This document shows positions 43,901-55,800 of a DNA stretch of 64,000 nt, piece after piece (position 1 is the first letter of the stretch; every line of letters starts with the position of its first letter). The translations under genes and the position numbers were made by a program. Origin of the DNA: Phaeosaccion multiseriatum (lineage: Eukaryota; Protista; Ochrophyta, other classes); NCBI GenBank assembly GCA_965112735.1, contig OZ218961.1, forward strand, positions 310,001 to 374,000, read 5' to 3'. The notes under the pieces are model-generated. The model was not told the origin of the DNA. It worked only from the letters and a program-made list of their open reading frames with translations, and did not search any database.

Positions 43901-46900
43901 GAGGATGTGCTGCCATCGTTGACCCTGGAAACCTGTGCCGGAGAGGGAGAGGGAGAAGGAGAGGGAAGAGGAGGAGGAGGAAGAGAGGGAGGAGATGGAG
44001 GAGGAAGGGAAGCAGGAAGTGAAGCACGGCCGCCCCCCACTCTCCCCGCTGAGCTTCAGCAGCCCCAGCAGCAGGAAGTCCAGATCCAAATCTTCGAGCG
44101 AAACGGTACCCACGTGATGGTGTTTGCTACCTCCGGCTGCTTAATCTCCACCACCCCTGATGCGGGCCTCACTGGCAGCAGCAGCAGGCCGAGCCTCGAA
44201 GGCACAGACAGAGTCACAAATGACAGCAGCACAGGCGGCAGCAGGAGGAGCAGGACGAGGAGGAGCGGGAGGGGTACGATGGAGCGAGGTGGCAGCAGCA
44301 GCAGTAGCAGCGTGGCGTTGCTGCGTCTGGCGGAGCGGCTCTGGGGGGGTTCTGTCAGTCGGCATTTGCATTTGAGTTTGCGCAGAGTTGCCGTGCAAGT
44401 GGTGGACGATGGGGCCTTTTTCGCTCCTTCAGCAGTTGGTAATACAGCACCAGTAGCAGGGGGAGGAACAGGAGGAGGAGGACGACGAGGGAGCGATAGT
44501 GAGCTGGGAGGTGCGCCCGAAGCAGTGAGTGGAGCAGCAGCCGCAGCAGCAGCCGCAGCAGCAGCCGCTGCAGCGGTTGGTGGTACAGCAGGAGACCGCC
44601 CCAGCGCCTCCCTGCCTGTGATCCTCAGTGTGTACGTGGACCAGCTTGGGGTGCAGGAGACCCTCTCCCCCCCCCTCGTGTGTTTACAGGGGACAGGGGC
44701 AGCAGGTGGTGATACAGCGTCAGCAGGAGGAGGAGGAAGAGGAAGGATGGCAGTGGATGGAGGATTTCCGAGTCGAGAGGTCGCAGCGCAGGAGTTGGCG
44801 GCGGCGTATGCGGCGCTGGATGTGGAACGTCTTAAGCATGTTCGAGCCGAGCGCAAGATTGAGGTCTCCATCGGGACTCTCCAGGTACGCGGGTAGGGGG
44901 AGAGAGGGGCTTTTATTGACTTATAGGAACCAACCTAAGAGCGTTTGTGGGTGTGTGTGTGCGTGGGAGGGGTTAGTGTGAATATGAGTTGGAGTTTGTT
45001 ATGATTAGGTGAGCTGAGTTTGAAGTTGGAGCAAGAAAGAGAGCATGTGATTACGACTTTCGAGTCGATACTGTATTGCGGATCGATATTTTGGGTCGAG
45101 AGGCGAACAGATTTATTGGCGTAGGTCTCTCGTAATGAACTGAATGGGTTGGAGGGCTGTAATTGAGGTTAGAGTTGTGGTCATAAGGGTCAGAGGTTCG
45201 GTCAGGTAGGGTCATATGGGTACTCGAAGAGGACGTAAGAGGACGTTGTATGCAATCATCTGCCTTACTTATCTTACGGATGTACGTACGTACGTACGTG
45301 TGTGTGCCATTTGCAGGTGGATAACTACTTGCCGGAGGCCGAGTTCCCGGTGGTCCTTTGCTTCCGCCCCGGCTCGCGCGGCGTTGAGGGGGGCGGCCTG
45401 GGGGAGGAGGAGGGCGAGGAGGAGCGAGGAGGAGAGAGGGACGGGGGCGGGGACAGTGACCGAGGCAGAGGGAGCGATGTCCACGCCCCGGTCCTGACAC
45501 CGAGTCGCTTCCTGCTGGAGCTGGTGCAGGAAGAGCCCTGGTCGCACAGTGCGGTGCCCGTGTACGTACGCTCGTTGGTGATACGCTGTGCGCCCCTCGA
45601 CGTCGGCCTGGACGACTCTCTGCAGCCGTATTTGCTCAGTCTGGGGCACGACCTTGGACTGCTGGGGGCGGATGCCGAGCTACAGGCTGGCGGCGCCGTC
45701 GGAATACCAACGCCGGTACCAGTAGGTGCAGCGGGAGCAGCAGCAGGAGGGGGGGGAGGAGGTGGAGGAGCAGCTTCTTCTTCCAAGGGCGAAGCGAAGG
45801 TGGGAGCCTCCGAACCGGGCGGTGTAGGAGCTGCCGCAGAAGATCCGTACACTACCACCACCACCAACAGCAGTATAGCCACAGATGGCATCCCCAGTGG
45901 GAGCAGTCTTGACACCAGCAGTGGAAGCAGTGTGGGTGGGGAGGAGGGGACGGCATCGGCGATGAGTCTCCCGCCTCGTCTGCGAGAGCTGTGCCTACCT
46001 CGCCTCTTTGTAGGGCGGCTGCTGCTGAGCCCGTTAGAGGCACGGGTGTCGGTTAAGATGATTGTGCCCGGACGGAAGGTGAGGAGGGGGTGGGCGGGTG
46101 TGTGGGTGGGTGGGACGTCTCCTCCTTCTCCTGCGTTTTCTGCGCTGCTTTCCTTACCTCTCCTTCTCCGCACGCGCACACACACGCACACACACTTTCT
46201 CTCTGCTCACACACACGCTCACAACGACAAACATCCACTTGTGCACACACACACTCTCTCTCTCTCTCACACACACACGCGCTCTCTCTCTCTCTTACAC
46301 ACACACACTCACATGTACGAATGGGAAGGTGTTTGTGGCGCTGGACAAGTGTCCGCTCTCCTTCGGGGCCGTGGCACGCCGCAACATCTTGGGACAGCAG
46401 GTACCAAGTGTGTGTGTGCAGGTGTATGGGCTTTGGATGCAGGGACATGTGGGCATATGCAGGCATATGGGCAGCTCGTTCTCTCTTACCACCTCACCTG
46501 TCCTCTCTCTATCTCTGTCTCTCCTACCCCCCCCTCTCTCTCGGCTTGCTGGGTGGAATCCAGTACAACTGGCGACTGCGCTAGCCCGCCCCCCCCCCCC
46601 CCCCAAATAAGACGCTTTTAACATCCCTCGCCCCCCCCCCCTCCCCTCCCTCCCCCTTCCCCATCCACTGCCATCCCTCCCAGTCCCTCATTGTGCAAGA
46701 AATGATGTCCGAGTACCTCCTCGACACATTTCTTCGCTCTCCTGCCCTGTTGGGAAGTCTGGAGATGTTCGGCAATCCGACGACGGTTGTACGTCTCTGG
46801 AGCAGAGGGGTATATGACCTCTTCACGCTGCCCATCAGGGCCATTCCCCAGGTGGGTGGGTGTAGTATGTCAATGGGCCCTGGTGGGTGTGGTATGTCAA

Positions 46901-49649
46901 TGAGTGGGTGGGTGGGTGGAGTGCTCACGTATCATCCACACTGCCGATTGCCTCATTCCCGACCCACCCCACTGTTTACTAACCCACTCACTGCCTCATT
47001 CCCTACTGCCCACTCTGCCCCACTTTTATTCTCGCATTGCCCCACTGTATGATTATTATCATCCACTGCCGATTGCGTCATTCCTCCCCCACCATTGCCT
47101 CACCCCCCACCCAACCCACTCCCCCCGCTGCGATACCCAACCCACCGCACCACCGCACCACCGCACCACCGCACCACCGCACCACAGGGCTCTCTCCCGG
47201 CCCTGCGAGCGGCGGGGAGGGGCGTAACGTCTCTGGTGCGACACCTCTCCATGGGCACGCTCTCCTTCTTCAAGGGAGTGAGCTCCTCCCTCAGTAGGAA
47301 CATCGCAGGGGGGGGTGCGCATTCACAGCATGGGCATTACTCCCACTACTCGCTCACGCACCCACGCTCGCCGTCGGACTACACTGTGAGTGGAGCAGCG
47401 CAAAGAGCAGAGAGGGGCGACGCTTTCGAGACGGTTTTTTGTCTCTTGTCTTTCGTCCAAGGCAAAGGGTTTTGACGCTTTGTCCACAATGTGTGTTTTG
47501 GTGCGTGTGTTTTTTGTGTTTGTCTCTGCTGTCCCGCAAAGGGAGGGGGTCTACGTCAAGACACGAGATTGGATCTCGATCTACCTCATTCTCACGACCT
47601 CACTACCTCACTACCTCACTACCTCACTACCTCACTACCTCACTACCTCACTACCTCACCATCTTACTACCTCACTACCTCACTACCTCACGACCTCACA
47701 ACCGCACAACCGCAGGGTTTGCCTTGGGGCCTCGCCGCCACCCGCCTCGCAGAGAGGGGGCTTTTGGAGCACGGAGCGGGGCAGCAGTTGGTGATACAGG
47801 AGCAGCAGGCCGAGCTTGGCGACGGCTTCGTCGACAGCAATGCTGGTCCTAGCACAGTGCCCACACAACAGGGCGATGGCAGCAGACGGAGGGGTGTGAT
47901 GGCAGGAGTGGGGTGGGGACTGCGGGCAGTGGCCATACCGCTCGCAGGAACACTCGACCTCGTGTATCGCACTTCGCAGTCCTTGTCCAACAGGATCCGT
48001 GTGGAGGAGGTGAGAGGGAGGGAGGGAGGGAGGGGGAAGACCAAGAGACATGTGGCCATGCAGACTATTGGATGTGACTGGGTTGTGTCACCTTCGAGCT
48101 TCGAGCCCCTCCCCCGCAAATCTTCTCTCTCTCTCCCTCTTTCTCCCTCTCCCTCTCTCATGCCCCCTCTTGGCTCCTCCTCCTTGCTCTGATCCGTGAC
48201 CGTACCGTCGTGACTGCCTTGGATAAGACCCCTCCTGCACACACTATGAGCGTTTTCCCCTCATTCTCTCCCTCTGCTCCCTCTTCACTTCCTCCCGCCT
48301 CACCTGTCCTCCCCTGTCTTGTTCTTGCTTCAGATTTGCCCACCACGCGCTCCCCATCCCGTGACCACATGGCGCGATGAAACTCTACATTGGCAGCTCA
48401 TTCTTCAGAGCGAAGCGGGAGCGATAGGAGGAGGAGGAGGAGGAGGAGGAGGAGGAGGAGGAGGAGGAGGAGGAGGAGGAGGAGGAGGAGGAGGAGGAGG
48501 AGGACGTGTTTTGCTGATGCAGGACAGGGTCCTGTTCGCGTCGAGGGCGCTGCTTCTCGGCGACGACTCTCGCTGCCAGCCTCAGGCTCAGGCTCATCAG
48601 AGCCAGAGTCAGGGTCAGGGTCAAGGTCAGGGTCAGGGTCAGGGTCAGGGTCAAGGTCAGGGTCAGGGTCAGGGTCAGGGTCAGGGTCAGAGCCAGGATC
48701 AGGGCCAGGATCAGGGTCAGGGTCAGGGTCAGGGTCAGGGTCAGGGTCAGGGTCAGGGTCAGGGTCAGGGTCGTGTGGCCCCTCCCCATGAGGTTACGCT
48801 GCTACTCACCTCTGACGCACTCAGCATCTGCGGCGGGGAGGACGGCTTGGAAATGGTGCGTGGTGGGGTGGGGTTGTGACTGCTGTAACTGTTGTAACTG
48901 TAGCTTTGGAATGCTCCGCAGCCTACTGACTTGACTTGACGGACTGACTGACTGGCTGGCTGACTTGACTGACTGACTGACTGACTGACTGACTGGCTGA
49001 CTGACGAACCGAAGATCCGATCCCCACTATTAAGGGAGAGGGAGTAGTGGGTGTGGGTGGGGCTCCGAATCCAATCCCAAATAAATGCAAGTGCGGCTGT
49101 TCTCGTCCTCCTTCCTTTGGGCGTGAAGCGCTCCTTCCTTTGGGCGTGAAGCCTCACCCCTCCTTCTCACGCCCCTCCCCTCCCCTCCCCTCTCACCCTT
49201 TTCTTCTCCTCTCCTCTCCTCTCCTCTCCTCTCCTCTCCCCTCCCCTCCCCTCCCCTCTCACCCCTTTCTTCTCCTCTCCTCTCCTCTCCTCTCCTCTCC
49301 TCTCCTCTCCTCTCCCCTCCCCTCCCCTCCCCTCCCCTCCCCTCTCCTCTCCTCTCCTCCCCTCCCCTCCCCTCTCCCCTTCTCGACTCGATACGCGTGG
49401 GTTCCTCTCCACCCCTCAGCTGTTGACTCGGGTATCGCTTTCGAATGTTCGATTCATCGAGACCCCCCCCGCGTACGGCGGATTGACCCTCCTCATCGGC
49501 ATCACTCGACAACGCGGACGGCCACCCCAGGGGGGCATGCCTCCCCAGGGGGGGGGGCTCCTCCTCCCCTCTCACAATGTCAGTGCTGAGGAGGAGGGTG
49601 GTGGAGGCACAGCGGCCCTTCTGCCCCGCTTGGACACACCAGACGCACG

Positions 49650-49680
<31 letters not shown>

Positions 49681-50016
49681 TTGCATGTGTCTGGGCTGGG
49701 GGCAAGGAGAGGGGAGGAAGGAGGAGCGGGAGGGGCGGCCGCAGCCGAGCGGAGAGGAGAAGGAGGTGGGGGCGGGGGGAGGGTTCCGGGTCGGGGCGGA
49801 GGAGGAGGAGGAGGAGGAGCCACCCCGGGGAGGGCGGCCCGGAGGGAGGCAGATGGCCCAGGGGTGGAGTCAGAAGAGGCGGAGGCGAAGGTGGAGGGAA
49901 GGGAGGGGGCCGGGGGCGATGTTGTGTGGACCCTGACCTTGGCCATGCCCAGCAGAAGGGCGGTTCAGGAGGGCCGCGAGCTGATTTTGGAAGCAGTCGC
50001 CAGGACGCTGCCATAA
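23412..50016 (+). CDS. VPS13B: VPS13B (COH1)-like bridge-like lipid transfer protein, multi-exon, greatly expanded by low-complexity insertions
   Basis: Chorein-N: LSKYIQGI...GGDLVLHNLELRKDVLQ...FSRGFIKELRIHIPWTRL and NVIFKLEDNDIVLS. C-terminal QVDNYL, VALDKCPLSF, LGSLEMFGNPTTVVR...GVYDLFTLP and GVMAGVGWGL..PLAGTLDLV match VPS13B. Giant exons ~28799-32863, ~33585-40796 and ~41070-44885. Internal exon structure partly uncertain. Confidence 0.88.
48609..48770 (+). repeat. (TCAGGG)~27 telomere-variant-like hexamer tract encoding (QG)n inside a VPS13B exon
   Basis: Visible tandem TCAGGG with a few variant units. A shorter tract lies at ~39290-39331. Confidence 0.9.
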
Positions 50017-50389
50017 TTGAAGGGCTGTCTGTACTTTTGAGACCGCCTGCACTGCTATGCGAAGTATGGCAATAGAACGAAGAGAATGTAATTACTACGA
50101 AGTACATCATCAATGATGAGTTCGCAACCATCATCTTCGCGGCCTCCCCCTCCAGACTCACAGATGGTCTCGGCAGGAACTTATGGAACATCGCTGGATC
50201 CCTTGACCTAAAAGAAAAAGCACAAGAGAACAGACGTGGGTTCGTCCCTGCTTATCTCTCACTACTGCTACCTCTTCTCGCACGGCTCCAATTCACTGTG
50301 CCTCCCCTTCACAGTCCTTGGAGCTCCTTGGAGTTGCTCTGTGCCAGTGCCCATCGTGAGGCCTCTTCATGTGAAGAAAGTATCCTAGA

Positions 50390-52377
50390 ATGGTTGTTAG
50401 TGAAGAAGTGGTTCTTCAGGAGGGGACGGCGCCTGCTGCTGCGGGAGACAAGGTCGATCTCCACACAGTTGACTCCCTCGTGTTCACTCGAGGAGCAGTC
50501 GTGCGCAGTAACAGAGTAGTCGGTCAGCCCGCAGGTGCGGATGGCCTACTGCCGCAATTGCAGTGCTTTGAGGCCACACCAAGGCAAGCACCTGAGAGCG
50601 GTGATCACGGTGGGGCTCCTCCCTTGTGTGAGAGGTGTGTCTTTGAGTCCGCTCTGTGCACCAACAAGGGGAGAGGGGACAGCAACGAGCCTGTGTGGGA
50701 TTGCCAAGCTTCGTCGGACCTGCCTACCGACTTGAGCCTCGGTCGGGTGCAAGTCTCTTGTGAGGGATACAGCTCAGCGGAGGACAGAGACTTTGTTGTA
50801 GCGGGGTCATGCGCGCTTCAATACACGTGCACTGCACCTCTTACTGAGTCTGGTAGCGGCAGTAGCAGCAGCAGCAGCAGCAGCAGTGTCGACGGACTCG
50901 CAGAAGACGGTCTACAGCAACTGCAATCGCCTGCCATCCTTGACCACGTGCCAGCAGAGTCACAGGGCCAGCAGAATCACAGGGGCTTGACCATGCCGCA
51001 GCTCGGTTTTGAACACGTGATGCTCCTGCTCTTTGTCGGACTCATTGTGACCAACCTCATCAAGGGGTACAGGGTACGTGTGGGCGCGTGTGCGGGTGTG
51101 TGTGCATATATATATATATATGTGTGTGTGTGGGCACGTCTGTCTGTGGGTGTGAGCGTGTGTGTGGCCGCGTGTGTGGGTGGGGCTGCGTCTGTGAGCA
51201 GAGATAATTGCGCTTCCTCCTACCTTGAGCCCCACACTGCATGCAGATATAGAAGCACACATACAGGCATGCTGGCATACAGGCTGTCGCTGCTCTCATC
51301 TCTCTCCTCTGACTCCCAACGCTCTCTCTTCACACACATTTACACACATACGCACGCACACGCACACACCCACTCACACCCACACACACACACACACAGC
51401 AACGACATGGGCTGGCTCCCCTTCCCTCCTACCAACACGTGGATTACCAACACGTGGAGTCGGGGGATGGCAGTGGATGGGGAGGACGTGATGTGCCTGT
51501 GGCAGTGGCGATAGAGGTACCTCCTCCTCTGGAGCTTCCTCCCTCCTACCCCGCTCCTCGTCCTCCCCCCTTCGCCGACCCTCCTGCCGACCACAAAGAC
51601 ATGGCTCTTCCACCGGGCTGGCAGGAGGGTGCCGACGACAGTGCAGGGGTGACGTTTTACATCAATCACAACAAGGAGATTACCACGTGGCTCGACCCTC
51701 GGCAGGAGGTGTGGGAGGAGCAGCGCAAGGAGTGGGCGGAGTACCGAGTGAAGAAGCAGCAGTGGGAGGAAGTGCAAGCGGAGCGAGCGAGACTCACGGC
51801 GGAGTGGGAGCAGCAGTACCAGCATCAAGTGATGCAGCAGCAGCAGCAGCACCAGCAGCAGCAGCAGGAGGAGGAAGAAGGGGGGGGTAGAGGGAGCGGG
51901 AGGCGGGGAGGAGGACGAAGAGGAGGAGGAAGAGGAGGAGATGGAGGAGGGGGGATGGGAGCATTGGGGGGTGCAGCAGGGAGTGTTGGTGCGATGCTTC
52001 TGCGGCGCACGATACTTCGAAGACTTGGGCTTGGACCCATCATACCCTTCATGCAGATGGGCGGCTCAATGTGGAGAGGAGGAGGAGGAGGAGGAGGAGG
52101 AAGGAGAGGAGGAGGAGGGGGGGGGGGGGGGCTTGCAATGGCAGGAGTGGGAGGGGGAGGAGGAGGAGGAGGAGGAGGAGGGGGAGGGGGAGAAGGGGGA
52201 AGTATGCCTAGAGGAGGAAGCGGAGGGGGAGGAGGGGGGGGTGGAGGAGGAGGAGGAGGAGGAGGACGGAGGGGCGGAGGAGGAGGAGGAGGAGGAGCGG
52301 GGGGGGGGCGGAGAGGAGGAGGAGGGCGTGCATCGCCGAACGTCTCGCATGCCTTTGGCGGAACAAGTATTCGGTGA
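50390..52377 (+). CDS. SARAF: SARAF (TMEM66/DUF1183)-like membrane protein with an internal WW domain (exons 50390-51073, 51400-52377; true start uncertain)
   Basis: LPQLQC...CTNKG...WDCQ..DLP....LGRVQVSCEGYSSAED..VVAGSCALQY, a TM helix (VMLLLFVGLIVTNLI), a WW domain LPPGWQEG...FYINHNKEITTWLDPR, and the SARAF-type C-terminus FGGTSIR. Confidence 0.82.
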
Positions 52378-52898
52378 CAAATCACCGCGGAACAAATATT
52401 CGTTTACAGATCCCGCTCATTGAACGCTGGATTGAGCACAGTCTCACACGTGTTGACTTGTGGGGAACACGATACATGGCTGCTACGACCAAAGAGTCAC
52501 ATCCTGCCGACAACCACTTTCATATGTACGTATGTAATATATATACATATACATACAATATACATGTATATATATATGTAAGCAGGCGAATATTTATCCC
52601 GTCAGCCTCCAAACTTAACTCGTAGGGTGTGTGGGGTTTGGGAAAGAGTGTGTGTGTCTAAGAAAGCTGCTGCTGTATCACCAACTGCTGCTGCTGCTTA
52701 AATATTTATTAGCCAAGGAGCGTCCTCACGATCTCAACGGCATGAACGCTCCGCCCACGGAATGAACGCTCCGCCCACGGAATGCTCCACTCTTCATGAG
52801 TCGCGCTGCCCGCTCTCCTCTGCTGCATATGCCTGTACTCTCCACTCATGAGCTGTCTCGCCAACTCCTGCTGTATCACCAACTTCTGCGGCTGCCGC

Positions 52899-55800
52899 TC
52901 AAGGAGGTGGTGGGGTCTTTCTTCTTCGCCTTGGTCCTGTGGGCTCCAGCTCCATCTGCAGAGCAAAGGAGGCGACAAAGAGGGGGTCGGCGCTCTTAGC
53001 TTCCGTGATGGATGGACGGATGGATGGATGGATATATCGCCTTCTCTTCTCTTTCCGTACACCCGCCTGTGCGTGCATATGCGCGTGTGTGTCCGTGTGC
53101 GTGTATGTGTGTGCGCGTGCGCGTGTGTGTGTGTACGTGTGTACCTTCTGTATGTCCACCCCCACGGCGTTGGCGAGCCTAATGAGCACAAACTCCTCCT
53201 CCTTGGACACCAAAGAGATCACCTTGCCCGGCCTGCCCAGCCGTCCTGCCCTACCGCCCCTGTCACAGATGGCAGCAGATGGCAGTAGATGGCAGCAGAG
53301 GCCGGATGGGATGGAGTAGGGAAGGGTAAGAGGACGGGCGGGTCCGTTGTGTAGGAGGGCCATCAGGGAAACGTGAATCAAATCCACCCAGCCCAAATCC
53401 CCATACGAACCTGTGAACGTAGTCCTCGGGGTTGGTGGGAAGGTCAAAGAGAAACACGTGAGAGAGCTCCGTGACGTCAAGGCCTCGAGCGGCCATGTCG
53501 GTGGTTACCAGCACACGGGTAGTGGAGCCGTCTCTGTCGAGGTGGCGGGATGGCAATCAATGGTGGTGGTGGTGGTGGTTGTGGTGGTTGTGGTGGTGGA
53601 GAGAGGAGAGGAGAGCGGTAAGTCAGGGGGGGGTATATTCATTCGAAAGTTGCTTGCGCTATCCCCCTTCGTCCACTGCCATCCACTGCCTTCCATCCCC
53701 CCTCCCCATCCACTGCCTTCCACCCCCCCTCACCTGAGCAGGTCCATGGTGTCTGCCCGTTTGTTGAGGCCCAAATCCTCCCTCATGACCATCGCAAAGT
53801 TCGCCGCCCCCTTCTTGAGGCTGCTCTTCTTCCATGTCTGCCCATACGCTTGCCCCTCCTGCTTCTCCTTCCGTTGATTTTTCCGCTGATTCTTCCGCCG
53901 TCCACCACGTTCCCTGCTGCGCTCACTACTGCTCTCAATAGTGCTGCTGCTGGGCCCACTTCTGCCGTCGGAGGCAGCGAGGGGGGCCTCTTGAGCCTCT
54001 TGCTCTCTCTCCTCACCACCCCCCGCACCTCTCTCATCACCTCTGACCGCATCTTCGTTGCCACGGTCCCCTTGCCCGTCGAGGAGGGTCGCCTGCTCTC
54101 GCTCCTGCTGTAGGACCAACTGCTCTCCCTGCTGCTGCTCCTGTATCACCAACTGCTGCTGCCCCTCCTCTCCGTCAGCGGTGAGGGTCTCCGCGTCGGC
54201 TCTTTTGCTCTTGTAGTCCTTGGATAGAGCGAGCGCCATCTCCTCAATGGGGCGGATGGGCAGGGCAAACACAAGGGCTCGGTTCTGTGGGGGGAGTAGG
54301 TGCATGACAAGGGGGAATCAAGGGTTCGAATGAGCGAATAGGTACAACAGAGGCAGGGGGCACCTCAACGCACACACGCACACGCACACACACACACGCA
54401 CGCACGCACGCACATGCACAAACACACACACACGCACAAATACACACACATTCTCTCTCTCTCTCTCACAAACACACACACACACATGCACAAACACACA
54501 CACACACCTCGGACGGTTCTAGCTCCGTTCCGACGAGACTGCGCAGGATGGAGACCTTCTGCTCCTGCGCACACGTCACGTAGAAGTGAGACAGACTCTT
54601 GGGCATCGCCTCCTTGGGGTGCACCTGACCATGGTTGGGCATGGTTGGGAGGCGGGGGGGGGGGGGCGTAGATGGATGGGTAGATGGATAGACGGACATG
54701 GATGGAGAGATAGAGAGGTAGGCAGGAACATCGGCAGACAGAGGCGTTGGTACACACATTGTTAGAGGACGCAGAGCGGGTTGTGTGCATTGTCACGACA
54801 CAGAGGGGACAGTGTGTGTGTACGTGTGTGTATGTGCGTGTGGGTGTGCGTATGTATGTATGTGTGCAGGGCGGTGTGAGTGTTAGGGAGGGGTGTGTGT
54901 GGTGAAAGGCGGCTCATCTTCATTTGTATGTCAGCAAAATTTCCTCTGCAGTCTAACATGTGTATGTTTATGAATCAGTCATCGCCAGCCTCGGCAGTCA
55001 GTGTGTGTGTGTGTAGGTGTGTGTGTTGTGGGCGTGCATGTGTGTAGGTACGTGGGTAGATAGGAAGGTAGGTAGGTAGGTAGGTAGGTAGGTAGGTAGG
55101 TAAGTAGGTAGATGGGTAGATGGGTAGGTAGGTAGGTTGATAGAAAGAGAAAGGAAGGAGAAAGGAGGGAGGAAGGTAGGTAGGTAGGTAGGTAGGTAGG
55201 TAGGTAGGTAGGTAGGTAGGTAAGTGGTAGGTAGGTAGGTAGGTAGGTAGGTAAGTGGTAGGTAGGTAGGTAGGTAGGTAGGTAGGTAGGTAGGTAGGTA
55301 GGTAGGGCCATGTGGGCTGGGGCATGTCGCTTGCAAGTGGTACAGAAGGCGGCTCACCCTCCTTACATACCCGTATATGGACCGGCTCAACCTCCTTACG
55401 TACCCGTATATGGACCGGCTCAGTGAGAGTCCACTGCTCCTTGAGACACTGTTTGATGAAGTGCTTGTGCTGGGGAAGGGTGGCGGAAGCGAAGATGGTT
55501 TGTCGAGGGGACGGCCTGCGGTTCCCTGGCAGCTTCACACCCTGGGGGGCGGGGGAGGAGGAGGAGGACGACGACGAGGAGGAGAAGGATGCTGATGAGA
55601 AAGAGGAGGAGGAGGAGGAGGAGGAGGAGGAGGGGGAGGAGGAGGAGGAGGAGGAGGAGGGGGTGGAGGAAGGGATGACACACTCACACACTCCTATCTC
55701 TCTCTCGCAAACACACACACATACACACACACACACACACATACACACCGTGATGAATGACTCGGTAGCCTGCGAGAGAACGTTCTTGCCCTGCTCGTCA

